Position numbers and translations under genes: made by a program. A stretch of 64,000 bases of DNA. It comes from a virus (taxonomy: Duplodnaviria; Caudoviricetes). Below the pieces are notes generated by a model, which saw only the letters and a list, made by a program, of their open reading frames with translations, was not told the DNA's origin and did no database searches. The DNA lies in the IMG/VR virus record IMGVR_UViG_3300005259_000074, positions 128,001 through 192,000 of that record; one strand, given 5' to 3'. This document shows, piece after piece, positions 53,166-61,761 of this stretch. Position 1 is the stretch's first letter. Each line of letters opens with the position of its first letter.

Positions 53166-54017
53166 ATGATGCCAAAGAAATTGAAGTACGATAGGAACAA
53201 ACAATCGGACATAGTTCAGTCTCAACACGCGTACAATCCTATCGACATATATGTCGAACAGATTGATAGACTCACTAGTTCTGAAGACTTGATCGAGAAG
53301 AATTTAAGATTCGCGCTGAAAGAAGCTCACAAATACAAGAACAACGGCATGGATCTCGAAGATCTTATTCAAGAAGCGAACAAGGGTCTCGTCGTCGCAG
53401 CCGAAAAGTACGATGCGTCGAAAGGTCCTTTCCTGCACTACGCGAAGTTCTACATCCGTAAGTTCATCTTAGCCACATTGACCACGACGAATGGTTCTGT
53501 GTCTGAAGCATCGGGCCACAAGTACGCGGTGCGGATGATAAAGCGGACTAGGCAGAACTTGGTAGAAGCGGGGAATCTAAATCCGTCGATCAGCGATATC
53601 GCAGCTGCCTGTGGAAAGTCAGAACGCCAAGTGAAGTTCGCACTATCGGGCCAAGTGCAGGGTATAGTTAGGCTTGACATGCCGGTCGATCATCACAGCG
53701 GTGACTGTAATAGAGACACCCACGAAGTCATATCTCTAGACAATCTCGATGCCAATGCCGACGGATATGGCTACAGCAGCTCTCCGGAGATGACCGCGAT
53801 GGCAGCCGACCGAAGGGCAATCCTTACTAAGATGTTCTCAGAGTTGCCGGACCAGGAACGAGACGCCGTCATCAAACGCCTCATCGAGGGAAAGACTCTT
53901 CAAGAGATAGCGGAAGAACACGGTATGACAACGACTGGAGTCAAGGGTATCGTGGAACGAGCGGTATGTATGCTCATGGATGCGGCTGAGAAGTACAAAC
54001 AAGAGATGATAGCGTAG
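53166..54017 (+). CDS. Sigma70-family RNA polymerase sigma factor (RpoD/RpoH-like)
   Basis: LIEKNLRF...DLEDLIQEANKGLVVAAEKYD region 2; region 4 HTH KTLQEIAEE. Confidence 0.9.
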   Translation: MMPKKLKYDRNKQSDIVQSQHAYNPIDIYVEQIDRLTSSEDLIEKNLRFALKEAHKYKNNGMDLEDLIQEANKGLVVAAEKYDASKGPFLHYAKFYIRKFILATLTTTNGSVSEASGHKYAVRMIKRTRQNLVEAGNLNPSISDIAAACGKSERQVKFALSGQVQGIVRLDMPVDHHSGDCNRDTHEVISLDNLDANADGYGYSSSPEMTAMAADRRAILTKMFSELPDQERDAVIKRLIEGKTLQEIAEEHGMTTTGVKGIVERAVCMLMDAAEKYKQEMIA

Positions 54018-54045
54018 AACCTAAATAATAGGAAGGACATCTAAG

Positions 54046-54582
54046 ATGGGTAAGACTTACGAGAAGGCTCAGGAGAGGGACATCAAGATTATCGACGACG
54101 TCATGACGAGGAAGTATCCAGACCTCGCGTCTCACAAACTCAAGGTTGGATTCCTCTTCGTATACGGCATCGAAGGAGAAGAAGGGGTCAAGCCCCCTCT
54201 AACCAAGGATGGCGTAGCTCTTGCTGCGACTATCAGGAACTTGACTCTCAAAGACCGCCTCGCTAAAGGTTACGACGTTGAGATCGTCGCTGACGGCGAT
54301 CACTGGGTTGAGATCAACGACAAGAGAAAAGAAGCGCTGATCTACCATGAACTCGGCCACCTGAAGATCAAGAGGAAAGCCGTCAAGAACAAGAAAACTA
54401 AGGAGATCACTGAGGAAGTCGTGTACGATGACCTCGGGAGGCCGTGCTTGAAGATGCTCCGCCACGACCTCAATTTCGGCGGCTTCCGCCACGTCATGGA
54501 GGAGTACGGTGAGGACTGCGAGGAGTACCAGCTCTTCCAGCAGACCGCACAGCGAGTCAAAGACATAGTCAAGAAGACTTGA
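54046..54582 (+). CDS. Putative phage metallopeptidase
   Basis: ALIYHELGHL (HExxH) and RHD..FGGF..V..YG motifs. Confidence 0.75.
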   Translation: MGKTYEKAQERDIKIIDDVMTRKYPDLASHKLKVGFLFVYGIEGEEGVKPPLTKDGVALAATIRNLTLKDRLAKGYDVEIVADGDHWVEINDKRKEALIYHELGHLKIKRKAVKNKKTKEITEEVVYDDLGRPCLKMLRHDLNFGGFRHVMEEYGEDCEEYQLFQQTAQRVKDIVKKT

Positions 54583-54594
54583 TCGATTTAATTC

Positions 54595-54634
54595 GCCGCT
54601 CGCTGGAGAACAACCCTCGTCTCCAGCGAGCGGC
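54595..54634. repeat. 15-bp perfect inverted repeat
   Basis: GCCGCTCGCTGGAGA / TCTCCAGCGAGCGGC. Confidence 0.85.
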
Positions 54635-54643
54635 TGATCCCAT

Positions 54644-55462
54644 TTGGAATCTCACATGAGAATGATGCACTTGTCAGATTTGCACATCGGAGCTGCTCCT
54701 CGGCCTAACGCGCTGAACAGCTGTTCTCCTGTTGTTCCGAGAGTGAAGAAACACGTAGCCGAGGAGAAGCCCGATGTCGTAGTGATATCCGGAGACATCT
54801 TCGAGTATGATGTTCCCATGGAGTCTCGAATCTTCACACTCAAACACATGTTCGGTGACATTCCGACAGTATTCTGCTTGGGCAACCACGAGTTCTTCTA
54901 TAGGAACGTCCCAGATGCGCTAGACATGCAGTACGCGTATGATAAAGTCCCAGGATTGTACTGTCTAGACACCTGCGGACACGTTGATATCAGTGGAGTC
55001 AGATTCGTCGGTAACGTACTCTGGTACGATGGAAAGCACAAGCTTCCAGGTCAGGTGATGGAAGAATGGGCTGATGGATGCTGGGCTGACCGTCTGATCG
55101 AGGATCACGCTTCTTCTTGGTGGTTGTTCAATGCAGCATGCATAAAGCAGATAACAGACAACATTGGTAATTCTGACAAAAAGAAAGTGTTGGTGACTCA
55201 CTGTGTCCCACACAGTGATCTCAATGCTTTCAACAAGCAGAAGCCGTCGTCTGACTTCAACGCATACAGCAGCACTGACATCATCGGCAAAGATGATGCG
55301 CTGTACGACGTCTTCGACTACGCTTTGTGCGGTCACACTCACAACCCAGTCAGAATGCAGATAGGAAAGACGCAGTGCTATTGCTCACGTCAAGACTACT
55401 TTAGGTACACGGGAGTCGTAGAGTATGATATCATCGAACTTCTTGATGCAAGTCGAGAATGA
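54644..55462 (+). CDS. Calcineurin-like metallophosphoesterase
   Basis: SDLH, ISGDIF, GNHE, VTHCVP and CGHTH motifs. Confidence 0.9.
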   Translation: MESHMRMMHLSDLHIGAAPRPNALNSCSPVVPRVKKHVAEEKPDVVVISGDIFEYDVPMESRIFTLKHMFGDIPTVFCLGNHEFFYRNVPDALDMQYAYDKVPGLYCLDTCGHVDISGVRFVGNVLWYDGKHKLPGQVMEEWADGCWADRLIEDHASSWWLFNAACIKQITDNIGNSDKKKVLVTHCVPHSDLNAFNKQKPSSDFNAYSSTDIIGKDDALYDVFDYALCGHTHNPVRMQIGKTQCYCSRQDYFRYTGVVEYDIIELLDASRE

Positions 55463-55631
55463 ATCACTGAGCAACACACTGACTAAATTTTTAAACGGTG
55501 AACTGTCAGTGGAAGACTCCCGAGCAATCATCAGCACATCCGGCCTTTCTGAAGAAGCAAAGATGAATTACAACTTACTGCTAGATGTCGCTCTATCGAA
55601 GAAATGCGATAAGAAAATGGAAGAAATATGA
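55425..55631 (+). CDS. Small protein, C-terminal-motif group (ends KMEEI); start uncertain
   Basis: Overlaps the phosphoesterase end. Confidence 0.5.
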   Translation: MISSNFLMQVENESLSNTLTKFLNGELSVEDSRAIISTSGLSEEAKMNYNLLLDVALSKKCDKKMEEI

Positions 55632-55641
55632 AAGAGTTTCC

Positions 55642-55669
55642 TTTACATTCTTCATTTAGAGATTAATGT
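55642..55669 (+). promoter_or_regulatory. Early promoter TTTACA-N16-TAATGT
   Basis: TTTCCTTTACAT motif upstream of the 55692 gene. Confidence 0.55.
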
Positions 55670-55691
55670 ATCTTACAAGAGAGGGAACCTC

Positions 55692-55967
55692 ATGAGCGAG
55701 AGTAGAGTCAAACACAAAGGAAAGTACTACAAGATAGATGTTGATTGTGTGTTCGAGAAGACGCGAGAAGGCATGATAGGAAATTGGGAAGTGGCAAAAG
55801 AGATGTGTGAATTCTATCAGCCGCTGTTTAGTACGAGAATCGTGTGTAAGCACGCGTATTTCACTCGCTTGAGGAAGACGTGGAAACCTATCAAGTGTCA
55901 CGATCGCAGACGAAAAAAAGCGCAAATACGCGACTATGAGATAGCTGTTGCACTAGAAGAGGTGTGA
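55692..55967 (+). CDS. Small protein, C-terminal-motif group (ends ALEEV)
   Basis: GAGGG SD. Confidence 0.65.
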   Translation: MSESRVKHKGKYYKIDVDCVFEKTREGMIGNWEVAKEMCEFYQPLFSTRIVCKHAYFTRLRKTWKPIKCHDRRRKKAQIRDYEIAVALEEV

Positions 55968-55968
55968 A

Positions 55969-56538
55969 GTGTCAAATTCGTTCATGTCTGAAGAAACTGA
56001 CGCAGTGATAGAAAAGACCGTTGAACTTGGAAGAGATATGTTGAAGACTAATGATATCTCCAAATTCTGTGAAGCTGAAGGCGGTCCTGACAAAGTCATC
56101 GAATTTTTGTCTGCAGCTGAGTCTATTTCCACCATATCATCAGTGGTGTCAACTTCTCAGAAAATCCTCAGATTCATCAATTCTTTTTTTAGAATCGTTC
56201 GGTTAGTGTTAATCACTGTTCTTACTGCTTGTTTTTTCTGGGTGTCTCCTCCGGTGACTTCGCTGTGGTGCGCAGTGGTTATGACGATCATTTTATTGGC
56301 AGCTTTTGTTGCGTTCGTAATAGCGCCGATTGTGATCTACTATTGCGAAGACAAGTTAGAAATCATAAATCCAAAAGTAGAGTTCTACGACACATTGTCT
56401 GCTGAGTGCAAGACAGTGTTAAACAATTTTGGGGGTAAAGAAGTTATCATAGCTTATATTGTGAGGACATATCCCATCACTACTGACAGAGTAGATGTCA
56501 TTATAGAAGAACTATATAAGAAATGGGGCGTCAAATGA
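55969..56538 (+). CDS. Membrane protein
   Basis: Two long hydrophobic segments. Confidence 0.65.
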   Translation: MSNSFMSEETDAVIEKTVELGRDMLKTNDISKFCEAEGGPDKVIEFLSAAESISTISSVVSTSQKILRFINSFFRIVRLVLITVLTACFFWVSPPVTSLWCAVVMTIILLAAFVAFVIAPIVIYYCEDKLEIINPKVEFYDTLSAECKTVLNNFGGKEVIIAYIVRTYPITTDRVDVIIEELYKKWGVK

Positions 56539-56671
56539 TTAACATTCTTTTGGGAACGTTAGGAGCTTTCTCTATCGTCTTTACAATCACAATGATCTTT
56601 GGGTGGATGTTAAATGGTCTGTCTTTGAACAGACCACGGCATCGTACGAAGATCAGATACGTGAGTGCTAG

Positions 56672-56914
56672 ATGAACGAAGAACAGCCACTTAAAATTAT
56701 AACGGCATCCAATCCACAAGCTAAGAAGTTGTTTTGGACTGGCAAAGGTTGGTCATCACTATTCAAAGAAGCAAAAGCTTTTTCTGCAGATGACAACGTG
56801 ACAGCTGAATCATTCCTTGAAGTCATAAAGTTACATCCTCTTCTCCAACCACACTTCATAGTATCCCTTAAGTTGGCAGTCGAAGCCGCGGATCTCGGAG
56901 ACTCTAGACAATGA
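56672..56914 (+). CDS. Small hypothetical protein
   Basis: 80-aa ORF with ATGA overlap. Confidence 0.5.
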   Translation: MNEEQPLKIITASNPQAKKLFWTGKGWSSLFKEAKAFSADDNVTAESFLEVIKLHPLLQPHFIVSLKLAVEAADLGDSRQ

Positions 56915-57717
56915 AACCGATTATCTTAGTGACGGCTCATGTGTCTGAGGAACACCTCGGAGAATTCTCGCTGTTGCAGAGATTAGGAGATGCACTGTTT
57001 AAGCAGCTGCCGAAGATCAGAAGTAGTGTCACACGTCTAGGCGTCAGAGTGGAGTACATCAGCGCAATAGAAGAAGCTGGCGGCATACCACTGATCGTGT
57101 CTCCATCTAATTCGACTGTCCGAGACGCTAGAGAACTGATGAAATCAGTAGACGGATTGCTGCTGACAGGAGGTCCACACTGGCCACCACAGACTTACAC
57201 TGACGATTTAGAAGTGATTTCTTCAGTCAGAGCAGAAGATTGTGTGTCGATGGATAAGTATAATGCCGATATCGCTCTTTTGAGGGAGGCTGAAGCCCTC
57301 AAAATTCCAATCCTCGGTATCTGCGCTGGTCAACAACTGATGGCTGTCAACAGAGGTGGAAAGCTTGAGAATGAATTCCACAACTTTGAAGTGCACAATG
57401 GGAATCTTCATGTTGTGTCGGTAATTCCCGGTTCTAATCTAAACCAGATGCTAGACGAGGAAATGTTGATCGTGAATTCGAACCACGTGCAGCGAGTCGA
57501 CCTAGATTCGCTGACAACGTGTGAATCTCTTAATCCAGTTGCATACAGCATAAATGACAAGACAGTAGAAGCGGTAGAAGATCCAACGAGAGATTTTTAT
57601 ATCGGTGTTCAGTGGCATCCCGAGAGGGATAGGAGCGAAGCTAACAGGAAGTTGTTCGCATCGTTTACCAGAGCTTGCATCAGGCGGCGGACAAGCCGCT
57701 CACTCGTTGAGCAGTGA
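56911..57717 (+). CDS. Gamma-glutamyl hydrolase / class I glutamine amidotransferase (peptidase C26, PuuD-like)
   Basis: DGLLLTGG, PILGICAGQQL, VNSNH and GVQWHPE motifs. Confidence 0.9.
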   Translation: MKPIILVTAHVSEEHLGEFSLLQRLGDALFKQLPKIRSSVTRLGVRVEYISAIEEAGGIPLIVSPSNSTVRDARELMKSVDGLLLTGGPHWPPQTYTDDLEVISSVRAEDCVSMDKYNADIALLREAEALKIPILGICAGQQLMAVNRGGKLENEFHNFEVHNGNLHVVSVIPGSNLNQMLDEEMLIVNSNHVQRVDLDSLTTCESLNPVAYSINDKTVEAVEDPTRDFYIGVQWHPERDRSEANRKLFASFTRACIRRRTSRSLVEQ

Positions 57718-57921
57718 CGCCGTCCATTGACCGCAATAGTCGACGTGTGGCATGCCTATCACTGGGAACTTAGAACCGATCTTCTGAACTTTATGACCCA
57801 TGTCATCTAAGACTAGAGACACAACAGGGATTGGTGGATTCAACCTGCAGAAAGAATTGCGCTGATCGAAGTGCGCACAATTCTCGCAGTGACGGTCTAT
57901 TTGGTCATCGTAGTTGGTCAC
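57700..57921 (-). CDS. Small Cys-containing phage protein
   Basis: CENC...CRLNPP...FP...YCGQW. Confidence 0.65.
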   Translation of the reverse strand: MTNYDDQIDRHCENCAHFDQRNSFCRLNPPIPVVSLVLDDMGHKVQKIGSKFPVIGMPHVDYCGQWTASLLNE

Positions 57922-57927
57922 AGATTA

Positions 57928-58347
57928 TCAGTCTTCTAGTTCATCTTCTTCATCGTCGAGATGAGGACCCTCACCTGGAGTCGAGACTGGCTTCAAGGGC
58001 TCATCGACGCCTGCTTTGCTGTTGGCGTTGAACGCCGCTGCTGGGACTATCGGATCAGTGACTCTGTTTCCGTCGACCGTCGCATCTAAGACGGCTTCTG
58101 GCTCAGACTTTGTTGGATTCGGTTTGGACGCGTCGATGTCATCGGCTGGGACATCGACTAACTTGCCGCCGTCCATCTTCTTATTGAACTCTTCGCCGCA
58201 GTTAGGGCAAGCTGACGGATAACTTCCTGGGTACTTCGGAAGGACGAATCCGCACTCGCACTTAGACCTGATTCTTCCTTGAGTTGCCAGGGCTCTCATG
58301 AGACCCTTGGTGAGGATGGCCTCGCAGATATTCTCAAAATTCTTCAT
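57928..58347 (-). CDS. Zn-ribbon protein with acidic tail
   Basis: CECG and CPNCG motifs; late-promoter variant at 58376-58383. Confidence 0.65.
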   Translation of the reverse strand: MKNFENICEAILTKGLMRALATQGRIRSKCECGFVLPKYPGSYPSACPNCGEEFNKKMDGGKLVDVPADDIDASKPNPTKSEPEAVLDATVDGNRVTDPIVPAAAFNANSKAGVDEPLKPVSTPGEGPHLDDEEDELED

Positions 58348-58388
58348 GATGTTCCTAGCTCCAGTTGACTGGAACTATTTACACCCGC

Positions 58389-58580
58389 TCAGGACAAAAG
58401 TATGTCACCGGACGTTTTTTCGCCATTGCCGTTCAACAATCTGGCTTCTTGAGCGAGTTTTTTCAGGCGAGTCGCCTCCCAAGCTGGGAGTTCTGACTCT
58501 CGGACGACTTTGCCGTCTATCATGAAGTCCTTCGTCTCTGGAATGTAAACGATGTTCTGATCTCTCATTCTGCTCTCCAC
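58389..58580 (-). CDS. Small hypothetical protein
   Basis: 63-aa ORF. Confidence 0.5.
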   Translation of the reverse strand: MESRMRDQNIVYIPETKDFMIDGKVVRESELPAWEATRLKKLAQEARLLNGNGEKTSGDILLS

Positions 58581-58792
58581 ACCATGGGTTCTGTGCTCTC
58601 GACTATCCTGATCATGACGACATCCCAGTCTTCCATCTGTTTGACAGTGCAGTAGTCGACATCGTCCTCTCCGTCATCGCTGTCTATCATGTAGTCGTAC
58701 GTCTGACCGTCGACGTCGAACGGTCCTCTCCTGAAAATTACGCCGGTCTCGTCTTTGAAGGCGGTGATCTTGTCGTTGTTCCAGAACTTCAT
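58565..58792 (-). CDS. Small acidic hypothetical protein
   Basis: 75-aa ORF with GAGGA SD. Confidence 0.55.
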   Translation of the reverse strand: MKFWNNDKITAFKDETGVIFRRGPFDVDGQTYDYMIDSDDGEDDVDYCTVKQMEDWDVVMIRIVESTEPMVWRAE

Positions 58793-58961
58793 CGTTCGGT
58801 CCTCTTTGCCGTTGAGTTCATTGGTACTTCAGCACCAATGTCAAGATTCCTAATATGATGATCATCACGATCACCGGTCCTACAAAATCTTTAGATTGGT
58901 GTTTCATAATGGTATTTATCTTCCACTGAAGTCAAAAAATCATCTTTAAGAGATAAAATAG

Positions 58962-59006
58962 AACCCATCGTCAGGTGAAAAGGAGAAAATCACCTGACGA
59001 TGGGTT
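58962..59006. repeat. 17-bp perfect inverted repeat downstream of the histone-like gene
   Basis: AACCCATCGTCAGGTGA / TCACCTGACGATGGGTT; possible terminator. Confidence 0.85.
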
Positions 59007-59014
59007 ATCCGAAA

Positions 59015-59212
59015 CTACTTCGCCTTTGCTTCAGCTACACTGAGTTTCCTGTACTCGGTGACGAGCTTCTTGAGCGAGTTTATGGCTTTCCTAGCACGAG
59101 CAGAAGCGGCTCTGTTGCCAGCAGCACCCTTCTCGTGGTCGACAGCGAACTCGGCCCATAGTGCATTCATCTCAGCAAAAACGACCCCAGTTGTTCTCTC
59201 CATGACCCTCAC
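59015..59212 (-). CDS. Histone H1-like (Hc1-type) small nucleoid protein
   Basis: GNRAASARARKAINSLKKLVTEYRKLS motif. Confidence 0.75.
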   Translation of the reverse strand: MRVMERTTGVVFAEMNALWAEFAVDHEKGAAGNRAASARARKAINSLKKLVTEYRKLSVAEAKAK

Positions 59213-59243
59213 ACTTACCTTTCACTTTGTTTGTCGCAGTCTC

Positions 59244-59672
59244 TCACCTGCGCATCTTCTTTATGTTTGCCAGGATAGCATCCTGATTTGAGAGCGATTC
59301 CCTGAATGTTAATATACCCGTCGGTGTGTTGAATTCTTTCTTATCAGAAGGAGCAACCGTTGAATTAGGAGTATCTTCTGAAATTATTGCATCAGATTTA
59401 GCAACGATAGGGATTCCTCCGTTCATCATCTGTCGATAAGCGTCGCAGAGACCTTTTGCTTCTTTCTTCTGTGCGATTACGGCTGCTTTCTGCTTTTCAA
59501 CATTCTCTTTCATGTTACCGGTGAGTTTAGACGTGTCGACTGATTTATCGAGGATAGAACCTCCTGAATTCTTAGTAGTCGCACCTGTCAACGGATCTAT
59601 CTTGACATCTTTAACACCCGCCATTGCTGCTATTATAGACAGCGCAGCATTCTTTCCATCGACTTTATTCAC
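59244..59672 (-). CDS. Hypothetical protein
   Basis: 142-aa ORF; ATAAATA upstream. Confidence 0.6.
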   Translation of the reverse strand: MNKVDGKNAALSIIAAMAGVKDVKIDPLTGATTKNSGGSILDKSVDTSKLTGNMKENVEKQKAAVIAQKKEAKGLCDAYRQMMNGGIPIVAKSDAIISEDTPNSTVAPSDKKEFNTPTGILTFRESLSNQDAILANIKKMRR

Positions 59673-59689
59673 AAATCACCTCTTTAATT

Positions 59690-60436
59690 CTATTTATTGT
59701 GATTAGTGAACCAGTGCATTTCTCTCTCGTAGTGGGTCATCATCAGGTCATTATAGAACGAATCGGAAAGGACGACCCCACTCTCTACGTTATGCGCTGT
59801 CGAAAAAGCTCCACCACAGTGTGTGGCTTTTCGGGGGACAGCGTAAGCCAGTTCTTTTCCAGAAGCGAGGAATTTCTTTGACATACAAGAATCTAGTGCA
59901 CCTCCCCATTCTTTTTCGACGAAGTATCCTCCAGCATTCTCCAAAAAATCTCGTCGTAGAACCCATATCCCACCGTTTATGATGTCTGTGGACACGTATT
60001 TCTGTCCTCTGAATTCTTTTTCTTCGCCTTTCAGACCAGAATTTAAGATGTCTTTCAGCTCTCCTCTTTGGCACAAGAAATAGCTGGCTACTCCGATGTT
60101 TTTACTGTCCAACAAACTTAATAGTGGACAGAGCCAGTCTTCCCACACGAAGATGTCTCCGTCTAACTTGACTATCACATCTCCTCTAGCTACTTCTATG
60201 CCTCGTCTGAAGTACTCAGGCGTACGAGTGATATCGTGCACACCTCGTTCATTAGTGAGCGATATCAGAGAAGAAATGGGTTTGTGAGCTAAAGACTCAT
60301 CTAACCCATCTTCCGAACCGGCATCTACGCCTATTATCTCGCAATCAGTCAAGTCTGTGTGAGCCAACACTGACTCCAGACATATCTCAGACAGTCGTTT
60401 TCTGTTCTTGAACAGCACTACGATAGAGCACTTCAT
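59690..60436 (-). CDS. Glycosyltransferase family 2
   Basis: SIVVL, GVDAGSEDG and IVKLDGDI motifs. Confidence 0.8.
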   Translation of the reverse strand: MKCSIVVLFKNRKRLSEICLESVLAHTDLTDCEIIGVDAGSEDGLDESLAHKPISSLISLTNERGVHDITRTPEYFRRGIEVARGDVIVKLDGDIFVWEDWLCPLLSLLDSKNIGVASYFLCQRGELKDILNSGLKGEEKEFRGQKYVSTDIINGGIWVLRRDFLENAGGYFVEKEWGGALDSCMSKKFLASGKELAYAVPRKATHCGGAFSTAHNVESGVVLSDSFYNDLMMTHYEREMHWFTNHNK

Positions 60437-60463
60437 CTTAGAAATTTCCTAATTTTACAAGAT

Positions 60464-61156
60464 TCAACTTATCGGCTTTCTTGGCAACTTGAACGCAGAG
60501 TTGACATCTGTGTTCTTTCTCAAACCAAATGCTGAAGAATATCCAGTCAATTTCACTCTGTACATCAAAAGATCATCGATGTCACCCCAGGGGTAGGCGA
60601 ACGAATCACACGTGACGCCGAGCTGACGTTCTATCATTTGTTTAGGCACTATCAATTCGCAAAAGACTCGTTGGCTGAACTCAGCGTCAGTCTCCACTCG
60701 TCCCCTGAGGGCGTCGTACTCTCTATTCACTAATCCATTTTTGAAACATCCACCTATGTTTTTCCGTCCTAGCAGAGCTCGTGGATCTTTTTCGAGCTCA
60801 TTCACATGACTAGTCGCTACTTTAGAGTGTGTCAGAGAGTGCGCGCCGACGTCGAATACGTCTAGGTTTCTTCTCCAGAAATTCCAGTCGACTATTAGAG
60901 AGGACATGTTGGGATTCATTGTTATCAAGAACGTTAGAGCTCTGATCTTCTTCTTTCGCAAGAACGCTGGAATGTCTGGATACCGTTGCTCAAAACCGTC
61001 ATCAAAAGTCATCAGCGCGCATGCTGAGTTAAGAGAGGAGGCAATGTACGTCTTGTAGTCTACGAACGTCAGAGAGTTCTCAGCAGCATCAGCTAACGCG
61101 CACTCTATCTTAGAGTTCCAATCATCTTTGACGTGAATGCAGTATGCGCATTTCAT
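60464..61156 (-). CDS. Polysaccharide deacetylase (NodB-like)
   Basis: LMTFDDG, GAHSLTH and FAYPWG motifs. Confidence 0.85.
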   Translation of the reverse strand: MKCAYCIHVKDDWNSKIECALADAAENSLTFVDYKTYIASSLNSACALMTFDDGFEQRYPDIPAFLRKKKIRALTFLITMNPNMSSLIVDWNFWRRNLDVFDVGAHSLTHSKVATSHVNELEKDPRALLGRKNIGGCFKNGLVNREYDALRGRVETDAEFSQRVFCELIVPKQMIERQLGVTCDSFAYPWGDIDDLLMYRVKLTGYSSAFGLRKNTDVNSAFKLPRKPIS

Positions 61157-61761
61157 TTTTCGACGACGAAAAGGTCGCTCCTGAAGTTGTCAATGCTCAC
61201 TGGAATGTGTTCAACTGTCGAGAATACACTTGCAAGTTCTCTGAGCATTTGTTCTCTGCTAAATTTCCAGACGTTCCCAAAAGAGTCAGCGTTCTTCTTC
61301 AAGTGCGTTGCGTTGTCAGTTACTGGTATCTCCATGAACGCAAGACCTCGTTCTCTCAGCACTGATTCGACGTTCGTCAGCGCTAATTCGTAGTCTTCGA
61401 TCTCTTCGAGCACGTGTTGGAACAGCACTACGTCAAAGCGATTAGGCCCAAAGTGTTCTTTCAAATTTTCCATGCCGACACATTCGTCTACGAAAGCCAC
61501 ATACCTGTGGTCAACTGGATTTCCAGTCTTCCACTTGTCGACACACTTGTACTCGCTTCGGAAGTTGTCTTTGAGCCATTTTCCGAACACCCATTCGTTC
61601 AACGGAGCTATTTCGAGGATAGACCCACCAGTGTTCAAGCGGACAGCTAACACTTCACTCAGGAATCTCTGTCTCTCCATAGCGCCACAGACGCAGCAGA
61701 CTCTCTTAGGTCTGTCTAGAGTCCCGTCGAATTTGTCAGAACCACAGATGAAGCAGCTCAT
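61153..61761 (-). CDS. SAM-dependent methyltransferase
   Basis: N-terminal CxxC pairs; ILEIAP; FDVVLFQHVLEEI. Confidence 0.75.
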   Translation of the reverse strand: MSCFICGSDKFDGTLDRPKRVCCVCGAMERQRFLSEVLAVRLNTGGSILEIAPLNEWVFGKWLKDNFRSEYKCVDKWKTGNPVDHRYVAFVDECVGMENLKEHFGPNRFDVVLFQHVLEEIEDYELALTNVESVLRERGLAFMEIPVTDNATHLKKNADSFGNVWKFSREQMLRELASVFSTVEHIPVSIDNFRSDLFVVEK

